From positions 22,286 to 42,727 of the forward strand of contig CAZSRE010000002.1 in the NCBI GenBank assembly GCA_964609195.1: 20,442 bases of DNA. The letters are read 5' to 3'. Positions within the stretch are counted from its first letter, which is position 1; every line of letters begins with the position of its first letter. Source of the DNA: Candidatus Woesearchaeota archaeon. GTDB lineage: Archaea; Nanobdellota; Nanobdellia; SCGC-AAA011-G17; GCA-2687815. This document shows, piece by piece, positions 1 through 6,749 of this stretch. The notes beneath the pieces were generated by a model, which saw only the letters and a program-made list of their open reading frames with translations, searched no databases and was not told where the DNA came from. Position numbers and translations under genes: made by a program.

Positions 1-291
1 TTAAGTTTATGGCTTGTTTGGATTTTTGTAAACATTGCATTTATAATAATAATCCTTGGAGTTATAGGCTATGGCACTTGGAAGAAACAACCACAGATTG
101 TAAACCTTGGTATGATGTTCTTTGCGTTAGACATAGCTACAAGATACATAGGATTTATGATTGATTTCTGGGGTTATACAAGCCTAAGCATATTATTTAT
201 TTCTGGAGGGATTATCTTATTAGTTGGTGGGTGGTTATTTGAAAAATGGAGAAGAACTTTAATAGCAAGGGCAAAATCAACGAGCCAATAA
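1..291 (+). CDS. 3' end of a polytopic membrane protein gene (DUF2157/DUF4401-like, the usual partner of GDYXXLXY proteins); 5' end lies outside the window
   Basis: Frame 1 is open from base 1 to TAA at 289-291. It is missing from the ORF track because it has no in-window start. The translation (..WLVWIFVNIAFIIIILGVIGYGTWKK..MMFFALDIATRYIGFMIDFWGYTSLSILFISGGIILLVGGWLFEKWRR..) is a series of hydrophobic helices. The family call rests only on the known DUF2157-GDYXXLXY gene pairing. Confidence 0.45.
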   Translation, partial: LSLWLVWIFVNIAFIIIILGVIGYGTWKKQPQIVNLGMMFFALDIATRYIGFMIDFWGYTSLSILFISGGIILLVGGWLFEKWRRTLIARAKSTSQ

Positions 292-791
292 GATTAATAT
301 TAACTCTTGTAATCTTAATTGGGATTGCAGGTGGATTTTTATTGTACTTAGCATGGCCTTCTCTTACAGGAGTGACTGCTGTTCTTGCAACTAGGCCAGT
401 AGACCCGTTTGATCCTTTAAGGGGGCAATATATCACGATATATTATGAAATAAATAACATACCTATTGTCGAGGGAGCGAATATAAATGATGATGTGTAT
501 GTTGCTTTACAGCCAGACGCAAACGGTACCTATAGATATAAATCCGCATCGCTGTCCAAACCAGAGAATGGCATATTCATTAAAGGTAGAGTGAAAAGTT
601 TATACAGTGGAAGAATGAATATGGAATATGGGATAGAACAATACTTTTTTGAAAGAAATGCCCAACTGCCACGAAATAGCATTACTGTAGAAGTAAAGAT
701 AAGCAGTTCTGGGCAAGCTAGAATAACTAGACTGCTTTATAAAGGAAGACCTGCTGAGCTAGTATATAAAAATTTTTCAATAACTTCTTAA
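246..791 (+). CDS. GDYXXLXY-domain membrane-anchored protein
   Basis: An N-terminal TM helix (IRLILTLVILIGIAGGFLLYLAW) is followed by RPVDPFDPLRGQYITIYYEI. This matches the DPxDxxRGDYxxLxY signature of the GDYXXLXY family, with Gln in place of Asp. The start overlaps the upstream membrane-protein gene by 46 nt. Confidence 0.7.
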   Translation: MEKNFNSKGKINEPIRLILTLVILIGIAGGFLLYLAWPSLTGVTAVLATRPVDPFDPLRGQYITIYYEINNIPIVEGANINDDVYVALQPDANGTYRYKSASLSKPENGIFIKGRVKSLYSGRMNMEYGIEQYFFERNAQLPRNSITVEVKISSSGQARITRLLYKGRPAELVYKNFSITS

Positions 792-805
792 TTTTATAGA
801 CATTT

Positions 806-852
806 CAGAAAAGCTTTGGCGGAAAAAGCCTTTAGGGAAAAACTTTGAAAAA
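806..852 (+). repeat. Spacer made of three degenerate tandem units GAAAA(A)GC(C)TTT
   Basis: cAGAAAAGCTTTGGC / GGAAAAAGCCTTTAG / GGAAAAACTTTGAAAAA lies directly before the ATG at 853. GGAAAAAGCCTTTAGGGAAAAA (821-842) recurs as GGAAAAAGCCTGGGGAAAAA at 18569-18588 inside a CDS. Confidence 0.6.
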
Positions 853-1263
853 ATGACTAAAAAAGGATACATAAGAACATTGGAAGCGATACTTGCCATA
901 CTTATAATATTTGTATTCATATTTAGTGTGCTGCCACAAGAAGAAGAAAACGTATCTGTACAACAACCAGCTGAGATAAGATTATTGCATCAATCTATGT
1001 TAAGAGAGATCCAGAACAATCAGGCATTTAGAGATGATGTATTGATTAATGATGATAGCAGGATAATAGTTTATGTCGGAGATACGCTCTCCCTAGTTGG
1101 AAGCTATGGCTATCTTGTCTACATACAAGATGCGAATGGTGCGGTGTTTCAACCAGGCACTGGATTGCCAGCAGATAAGAATGTTTATGCTGATAGTGCT
1201 GTTATTGGGAGCAGCCTAAACACTTATAACCCTAAGCTTGTAACTCTTTATATATGGGAATAA
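853..1263 (+). CDS. Small exported protein with a prepilin-like (type IV pilin / class III signal) N-terminus
   Basis: MTKKGYIRTLEAILAILIIFVFIFSVLP has basic residues, then Gly, then LEA plus about 20 hydrophobic residues. The remainder has no motif I recognise. Confidence 0.5.
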   Translation: MTKKGYIRTLEAILAILIIFVFIFSVLPQEEENVSVQQPAEIRLLHQSMLREIQNNQAFRDDVLINDDSRIIVYVGDTLSLVGSYGYLVYIQDANGAVFQPGTGLPADKNVYADSAVIGSSLNTYNPKLVTLYIWE

Positions 1264-1299
1264 GAACCTAGGTTCTTATCATCTCCTGAGGAAAAGAAA

Positions 1300-1743
1300 A
1301 TGTATAGATTCTTGAAGCATACAGCAGATGTATTGTTTGAGGTAGAGGCAAGTAGCCTGAATATGCTTTTTGAAGATGCTGGGAAGGCTGTCATGGCAAC
1401 TATGGCTGAGCTGAAGACTGTAAAACCCAGAGTTAAAAAAGAAATAAAACTAAAAGCAGGTAATATTGAAGACTTGCTTTACGATTTCCTTGCTGAACTG
1501 GTATATTTGAAAGATTCTGAGTTTACGATGTTTTCAGATTTTAATGTTAAGGTAGATGAGAAAAATGTTAGTTTAAGTGCTGAGATAATGGGGGATAAGA
1601 TTGATGCTGTAAAACAAAAGCTTGGAGTAGATGTAAAGGCTGTTACTATGCATATGTTTAGTGTGGAAAAGAAGCTTTTAGGAAAAGCTTCAGCAAAAAC
1701 TAGGAGATACAAGTGGTTTGCAAGAGTGCTTTTGGATGTTTAG
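1300..1743 (+). CDS. Archease (RtcB activator/chaperone)
   Basis: It has the N-terminal FLKHTADVLFEV block (archease HTAD motif) and VKAVTMH plus ..WFARVLLDV at the C-terminus. It is 147 aa and sits immediately upstream of rtcB, which is the conserved pairing. Confidence 0.9.
   Translation: MYRFLKHTADVLFEVEASSLNMLFEDAGKAVMATMAELKTVKPRVKKEIKLKAGNIEDLLYDFLAELVYLKDSEFTMFSDFNVKVDEKNVSLSAEIMGDKIDAVKQKLGVDVKAVTMHMFSVEKKLLGKASAKTRRYKWFARVLLDV
1671..1698 (+). repeat. Hairpin repeat module inside the archease CDS (GAAGCTTTT-agg-AAAAGCTTC + AGCAAAA)
   Basis: A perfect 9-bp stem with a 3-nt loop at 1671-1691 is followed by AGCAAAA. The same module occurs at 6235-6262 and 10062-10088. Here it is translated as KLLGKASAK. 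Confidence 0.75.
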
Positions 1744-1788
1744 AAATATATTTTTGCAAAAGTAATATAAATAGGAGTAAGATTATTT

Positions 1789-3264
1789 ATGCTTATGGAA
1801 GAAAAAAAGCAAGTAATCCCTAAAGAGATTAAACATATTAGTGACGTGGTATGGGAAATTCCAACTAGCTATAAGCAAGGAATGCAGGTGCCAGCTAGAA
1901 TCTATGCAACAAATAAATTGATGCAACAAATGGATGCTGGCGTGTTTGACCAGATAACGAATGTGGCTTGTCTGCCTGGAATTCAGAAGTACGCAATGTG
2001 TATGCCGGATGCTCATTGGGGCTATGGCAGTCCAGTGGGTGGTGTCGCTGCTTTTGATCCGGAAAAAGGCGGGGTAATCTCGCCAGGAATTATCGGTTAT
2101 GACATTAATTGTGGCATGAGATCAATTGTGACAAACCTAACATTGGAAGATGTCAGACCAAAAATAAAGGAGTTAATAGATGCTTTATTTAAGACGGTGC
2201 CTGTAGGAGTTGGTGCAAAAGGAGTTGTTAGAGTAAACAAACAGCAATTTAAACAAGTGATGGAAGATGGGAGTAAATGGTGTGTTGATAATGGTTATGG
2301 TTGGGAAGAAGATTTGCAAAGAACAGAGAGCTATGGTAGAATAGATTGGGCAGATTCTAGTAAAGTTAGTGAAAAAGCTATTTCTCGAGGTATTAATCAA
2401 ATCGGCACATTAGGTAGTGGAAATCACTATCTTGAGATACAGTATGTCAAAGAAGAAGAAATATTTGATAAAAAGGTGGCTGAGAAATTCGGCATTTTTC
2501 CTGGTCAGATCTTGATAATGGTGCATTGTGGATCTAGAGGAATGGGACATCAAGTTGCAACAGATTATATTCAAGTTTTCGATAAGGCTATGAAGAAATA
2601 TAATATTACTATAAAAGACCGCGAATTAAGTTGCGCACCCTTTAATAGTGATGATGGTCAAGATTATTATAGAGCAATGGCATGCTCTGCTAATATGGCT
2701 TTTGCCAATAGGCAAGTAATATTGCATAGAATAAGAGAAGGATTCTCGCAGGTTTTTAAGAAATCTCCAGAAGACTTAGGCATGCATTTGATTTATGACA
2801 CTGCTCATAATGTGGCAAAAATTGAAGAGCATAGAATAGAAGGTAAAAAGAAAAAACTAATCGTTCACAGAAAGGGAGCAACTAGGGCATTCCCCCCAGG
2901 AGATCCGGAATTATCTCCTATATTTAAGGAAATAGGACAAATTTGTGTATTGGGGGGAAGTATGCAGACTGGTAGTGCTTTGTTGTTGGGTATAAAAGAG
3001 GCAGAAGAAACTTTTTATACAACAGCACATGGAAGCGGAAGAACAATGTCAAGGACTAGAGCTAGAAATGAGATAAGGGGAGAAAAGCTGTTAAAAGAAA
3101 TGGAAACTCAGGGAATTTATGTAAAAAGCGTCTCAATGTCTGGATTAGCTGAGGAGGCTGGTTCGGCATATAAGGATTTTGGAGATGTTCTAGATTCTAT
3201 TATCAAAGCTAAATTGAGTAGACCACTTGCGATTCTTCGTCCACTGGGAAATCTAAAGGGTTAA
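1789..3264 (+). CDS. rtcB: RNA-splicing ligase RtcB (3'-phosphate/5'-hydroxyl tRNA ligase)
   Basis: This 491-aa ORF has the RtcB signature blocks in order: CMPDAHWGYG, GYDINCGMR, GSGNHYLEIQ, HCGSRGMGHQ, HGSGR and C-terminal PLGNLKG. It has no intein-sized insertion. An alternative start is the ATG at 1795. Confidence 0.97.
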   Translation: MLMEEKKQVIPKEIKHISDVVWEIPTSYKQGMQVPARIYATNKLMQQMDAGVFDQITNVACLPGIQKYAMCMPDAHWGYGSPVGGVAAFDPEKGGVISPGIIGYDINCGMRSIVTNLTLEDVRPKIKELIDALFKTVPVGVGAKGVVRVNKQQFKQVMEDGSKWCVDNGYGWEEDLQRTESYGRIDWADSSKVSEKAISRGINQIGTLGSGNHYLEIQYVKEEEIFDKKVAEKFGIFPGQILIMVHCGSRGMGHQVATDYIQVFDKAMKKYNITIKDRELSCAPFNSDDGQDYYRAMACSANMAFANRQVILHRIREGFSQVFKKSPEDLGMHLIYDTAHNVAKIEEHRIEGKKKKLIVHRKGATRAFPPGDPELSPIFKEIGQICVLGGSMQTGSALLLGIKEAEETFYTTAHGSGRTMSRTRARNEIRGEKLLKEMETQGIYVKSVSMSGLAEEAGSAYKDFGDVLDSIIKAKLSRPLAILRPLGNLKG

Positions 3265-4711
3265 CGTTGGGTAAATTCCACTTCTTAAAGTCATCATTAA
3301 ACTTTATCTTATCGCTCAGGTTTTTAATTCTCTCAACCTTGTTAATTCGTTCTACCTTTATTATATTTGCAATTTCAAATATTCTTAAAACTTTTTCTAT
3401 ACTCTTATAATGTAGATTAGCCTCTTTGCATAAAGTGTATCTGTTAAATTGCTTTAATCTTATAATTTTTTCTAAAATAACTACAAAATCAATTTTACTA
3501 TTATTTTTGTTTGTCGGAAAAGCTGCTCTTAATTTAGTTTTTGCATCTTCTAATGAGCTAATATATGGATTATTTCCGTAGGTATACCAATATAATCTAT
3601 TATATTTAAATGTTGATTTATTGAAATAATCCAAAAAGCCTTTATTAAAAGAACTTTCAAATGAGAACTCCCCATCCTTTCTGATCCACCTATTTATATT
3701 TAACCCATCTTCTTTTAATACATTTTCTATAAAATCTATTATCTTTTTACTTCTCACATTTAGACTAACTCTACCATCAAATTTAACAGAACCATCAAAT
3801 TGTAAAAACCCATTACAAAATGCCTTCTTTACAATAAAGTCAGAATTTTCAATTATTTCAGGTGGTTTAACATCTTTGCATTTGTATCCTAGAGGGAAAT
3901 TAAAAATATTATTTAAATATCTTCCAATAACCTTATTAGATATAGAAATTATAGATTTATTTCTAGAGTGTTTCACTTTGACATTTATCCCAAATATCTC
4001 TTTTATTAGCCCCTTTAGAAATATCATGTCACTTTTATAGCCATCTACAATACCTATGTAATAACCTAATCTATACTTTATATTATTTCTTTTCAAAAAT
4101 TTGAATATCCCGATTTTTAAATCTTCCCTTACGTTAAAATTGAAGTAATACATATCTTTCAACTTCTTTCTTATTTTGCTTAGATTCAATAGACTAAAAT
4201 TATTTTTTATAAGTTCTTTGTAATCAAGCAATTTGATATGGTCAGTAGATTCTATACTTACTTGCAATCCTAGAGTTCCATCTGCAGCGTGAGCCCCGCA
4301 AAGCTTACTAACATCTTCATCACATAATTTATGAGCTTTGACAATCATTTTAGATTTTGGCATAGGTTTTAAGTAGTCTATAGAGGCAGTTAATTTATTT
4401 AAATAACAATTATACCTCTTTTCATCCTTTTCTTTGATCATAGATAATAATGATTCTATTAGATTTAAATGTATCCACAATGTCTTTCTTCTTAGTATGT
4501 CATTTAAGAGGTCTATAGAGCAATTTAGTTTAAGAGAAATTTCCTTGCATAGTCTAAGTTTCTTGTAATTATATAAAGCCATTACTTCTTTGACTATATT
4601 GTAGAAGTTGTCATATAAGCCAATCCCATTACATACTATCCAAGAGCATGGTCCACTATCTATAAGTGGGTCATGTAGCCTAAATAAATCTAACTGTTTC
4701 ATTCTTTTCAC
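3209..4711 (-). CDS. Free-standing double-motif LAGLIDADG homing-endonuclease-like protein with extra N- and C-terminal helical (HTH-like) regions
   Basis: This is a 500-codon ORF starting at GTG 4711, with the first ATG at 4702. It has two LAGLIDADG-like helices: KLCGAHAADGTLG (about residues 137-149) and KKAFCNGFLQFDGSV (about residues 295-309). The usual FLKGLIKEIFGINVKV block lies between them. The last 18 codons are antisense to the rtcB 3' end. Confidence 0.65.
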   Translation of the reverse strand: MKRMKQLDLFRLHDPLIDSGPCSWIVCNGIGLYDNFYNIVKEVMALYNYKKLRLCKEISLKLNCSIDLLNDILRRKTLWIHLNLIESLLSMIKEKDEKRYNCYLNKLTASIDYLKPMPKSKMIVKAHKLCDEDVSKLCGAHAADGTLGLQVSIESTDHIKLLDYKELIKNNFSLLNLSKIRKKLKDMYYFNFNVREDLKIGIFKFLKRNNIKYRLGYYIGIVDGYKSDMIFLKGLIKEIFGINVKVKHSRNKSIISISNKVIGRYLNNIFNFPLGYKCKDVKPPEIIENSDFIVKKAFCNGFLQFDGSVKFDGRVSLNVRSKKIIDFIENVLKEDGLNINRWIRKDGEFSFESSFNKGFLDYFNKSTFKYNRLYWYTYGNNPYISSLEDAKTKLRAAFPTNKNNSKIDFVVILEKIIRLKQFNRYTLCKEANLHYKSIEKVLRIFEIANIIKVERINKVERIKNLSDKIKFNDDFKKWNLPNVNPLDFPVDEESQVVYSI

Positions 4712-4740
4712 CTTATAATTAATGGATTTTTCTTTATAAA
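3265..4740 (-). mobile_element. Possible homing-endonuclease gene island, compositionally distinct from its flanks
   Basis: I hand-counted G+C in sampled 60-nt lines. Inside the island it is 13-33% (3421, 3661, 3901, 4141). In rtcB it is 37-52% (1981, 2461). No terminal repeats were identified. Confidence 0.3.
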
Positions 4741-4753
4741 GGCTGCGCGCCCG

Positions 4754-4777
4754 TTTGTCTAGATGTCATTTGTCTAG
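4754..4777. promoter_or_regulatory. Operator-like direct repeat TTTGTCTAG x2, 15-nt spacing, in a divergent promoter region
   Basis: TTTGTCTAG occurs at 4754-4762 and 4769-4777. It is preceded by the GC-rich GGCTGCGCGCCCG (4741-4753), which abuts the palindromic TATA TTTATAAA (4733-4740) of the minus-strand gene. A 7-bp inverted repeat ATATGCT/AGCATAT lies at 4788-4805. Confidence 0.35.
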
Positions 4778-4813
4778 CGGCTAGAAAATATGCTTTGTAG
4801 CATATCAAAAATT

Positions 4814-4821
4814 ATTTAAAA
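4814..4821 (+). promoter_or_regulatory. TATA box for the leaderless Zn-ribbon gene
   Basis: ATTTAAAA is centred about 27 nt upstream of the ATG at 4845, with no SD sequence in between. Confidence 0.45.
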
Positions 4822-4844
4822 TGTGCTGTATTAGACTTATATAA

Positions 4845-5057
4845 ATGTACATCAAATGCCCAGTTTGTGGAAGTAGCGAACTAAGAATTGAGTATCATGA
4901 ACTTATGGGTAAGTATGTAATGTGTACTTCATGCGGATTTGATGAAAGCAAGGAATATGACGAGGGTTATGATGAAGAAAAGACCTCTGGAAAAGGAAAA
5001 GGGGGGAGCGTTTACAAAAGAGGCGGTCCAGGAAGGACACAAAAGAGCAGAAAATAA
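4845..5057 (+). CDS. Zn-ribbon miniprotein with a Gly/Lys-rich basic tail
   Basis: CPVCGS..(19 aa)..CTSCG forms a four-Cys ribbon in 70 aa. The tail is GKGKGGSVYKRGGPGRTQKSRK. Confidence 0.6.
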   Translation: MYIKCPVCGSSELRIEYHELMGKYVMCTSCGFDESKEYDEGYDEEKTSGKGKGGSVYKRGGPGRTQKSRK

Positions 5058-5066
5058 GCTTTTTAC

Positions 5067-5127
5067 AACCTTTTAGAAAAACGTTGACGAAAACAAGCCT
5101 TGAGGGAAAAGAAAAGCTTAAGCAAAA
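5067..5127 (+). repeat. Two degenerate copies of the hairpin spacer module
   Basis: One copy is AACcTTTT-ag-AAAAAcGTT (5067-5085). The other is CAAGCcTT..AAGCTT followed by AAGCAAAA (5094-5127). The spacer begins with AAGCTTTTT overlapping the stop codon at 5055-5057. Confidence 0.5.
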
Positions 5128-5184
5128 TACAACTTTTTCATAACCAAAAACTTTATAATATAATTCCAGTCTCTAATTGATGTA

Positions 5185-5814
5185 ATGGGTGGATTTAGCA
5201 AATTTTGGGAAAAGATGTTTGGCAACCTTTTCCGGAAAAAGAGGCAGCTTAAGCTAGGGATTTATGGTCCTCCTAATGGGGGGAAGACTACTCTTGCCAA
5301 TAGGATATGTACTGACTGGCTTGGAGAAGAGATGGGAACTACTTCTAAAATACCACATGAAACCAGACAGATTCAGACTAAGGAGAATATTACTATCAAA
5401 CACAAAAATAATGAGATCAAACTTAACCTTGTAGATACTCCTGGAATAGCAACTAAGATTGATTATGAAGATTTCTTGAAGTTCAAGCTGCCTATGGCTA
5501 AGGCCAAGCAAAGAGCTAAGGAAGCAACTAAAGGAGTTGTTGAGGCTATAAAATGGCTTGATGATATGGATGCTGTTCTTGTCGTGCTTGATTCAACATT
5601 AAATCCCTATAGCCAGGTAAACATTACAATCATAGGAAATCTTGCTGCTAGAAACATTCCAGTGTTGATTGTAGCAAATAAGGTTGATTTAAGGAATGCA
5701 AACATAAAGAAGATTGAGGCAGCTTTCCCGCAATATGAAGTAGTTGGGGTAAGTGCATTAAAAGGGGATAACCTGCAAGAGTTCTATGAGAAATTATTCA
5801 AGGTGGTAAGGTAA
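5185..5814 (+). CDS. Small TRAFAC-class GTP-binding protein
   Basis: The GTPase motifs are in canonical order: G1 GPPNGGKT, G2 region HETR, G3 DTPG, G4 NKVD and G5 SALKG. Confidence 0.85.
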   Translation: MGGFSKFWEKMFGNLFRKKRQLKLGIYGPPNGGKTTLANRICTDWLGEEMGTTSKIPHETRQIQTKENITIKHKNNEIKLNLVDTPGIATKIDYEDFLKFKLPMAKAKQRAKEATKGVVEAIKWLDDMDAVLVVLDSTLNPYSQVNITIIGNLAARNIPVLIVANKVDLRNANIKKIEAAFPQYEVVGVSALKGDNLQEFYEKLFKVVR

Positions 5815-5815
5815 A

Positions 5816-6217
5816 ATGCTGACGCTGCAATTTGTTCCATATGACGAGATTGAGCCATTGGATTCTGATGGAAGAATAAACAAATTGCTGAGCTTGGTAA
5901 AAGATAACAAGATAGTACTGATGCAGGGAAGATTAAAGGTTACTGAGGAAGCGAAGCTCATAGAGACTACGATGAATGAAATTAATGGAAACTTCAAAGG
6001 CATAGAGGTTTGTACAATATACCCTGAGAAAAGAAGGGGCGAATCTATTGGCACTAAAGTGAAGAAGGAAGTGGCAAAGATGCTGCTTGGTAATAGAGAA
6101 GGCTTGACTATAATCGGACCAAGTAGCTTGATAAAGGAAATAAAAAGAGATCCTAATAAGATACAGCTGCTGGCTACTGAGCTTTCAAGAAAAAGAAGAA
6201 GCGTAAGTAAAAAGTAA
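5816..6217 (+). CDS. Conserved archaeal protein, DUF2073/COG3365-like, translationally coupled to the GTPase gene
   Basis: The ATG lies 1 nt after the GTPase stop, with AGGTGG 9 nt upstream. The segment IVLMQGRLKVTEEAKLIETTMNEINGNFKGIEV fits my recollection of DUF2073, which I cannot verify here. Confidence 0.55.
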   Translation: MLTLQFVPYDEIEPLDSDGRINKLLSLVKDNKIVLMQGRLKVTEEAKLIETTMNEINGNFKGIEVCTIYPEKRRGESIGTKVKKEVAKMLLGNREGLTIIGPSSLIKEIKRDPNKIQLLATELSRKRRSVSKK

Positions 6218-6222
6218 AGCCT

Positions 6223-6290
6223 AGAGCTTTCTTAGAAGCTTTTAAAAAAAGCTTCAGCAAAAAGAAACCTCGGAAAGAAAGGCTTAAGAA
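6223..6290 (+). repeat. Composite spacer repeat: module X interrupted by hairpin module Y
   Basis: Module X is AGAGCTTTCTTAGAA ... AAGAAACCTCGGAAAGAAAGGCTTAAG. It is split by GAAGCTTTT-aaa-AAAAGCTTC + AGCAAAA (hairpin at 6235-6255). Uninterrupted X occurs at 10149-10190. Coding versions occur at 17874, 18588 and 18648. Confidence 0.7.
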
Positions 6291-6302
6291 AAAGGAAAAT
6301 AA

Positions 6303-6749
6303 ATGCCCCACCAATGTGTAAGATGCAGCACCATGTATGATGATGGTGCTAGCGAATTGCTTAAAGGCTGCAACTGCGGTAGTAGGTTCTTTTTCTATGT
6401 CAAGAAGAAAGATATTGAAACTGCTAAGCAATTGACTGTTGATCTGAAACCTGAGGAAAGACTGCAGATTGAGAAAGATGTCAAGGAGATAATAGGAGAG
6501 ACTATTGAAGATGATAAGCCAGTTATACTCGACCTGGAGACTATCAGATTGATGAAACCAGGAAAGTATGAGCTTGACATTGTAAACTTGTTTAGAGGAA
6601 AACCTTTGATATACAAGCTTGAGGAAGGCAAGTACTTCATTGACATTGCAGCAAGCTTCAAGAAAGGCTCTTTAGTTACATCTTCTAAGAAAGATGAGGA
6701 CAAAATGAAAACTGAGAAAGCTGATGATGATATTGATGATATCGAATAG
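6303..6749 (+). CDS. Zn-ribbon protein, DUF2072/COG3364-like
   Basis: It has N-terminal CVRCSTMYDDGASELLKGCNCGSRFFFYVKK (C-x2-C ... C-x-C) and an acidic tail DDDIDDIE. The family call is from memory. Confidence 0.55.
   Translation: MPHQCVRCSTMYDDGASELLKGCNCGSRFFFYVKKKDIETAKQLTVDLKPEERLQIEKDVKEIIGETIEDDKPVILDLETIRLMKPGKYELDIVNLFRGKPLIYKLEEGKYFIDIAASFKKGSLVTSSKKDEDKMKTEKADDDIDDIE

Noticed and set aside
1789-3264. Possible intein in RtcB, a frequent intein host in archaea
   Set aside because: The ORF has the normal RtcB length (491 aa). The conserved blocks are contiguous and there is no insertion of intein size.
4741-4753. GC-rich GGCTGCGCGCCCG as a possible tRNA fragment or att site marking an integration boundary
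   Set aside because: It does not fold into or match any tRNA arm I can recognise. No matching copy occurs at the other side of the AT-rich gene (around 3265).
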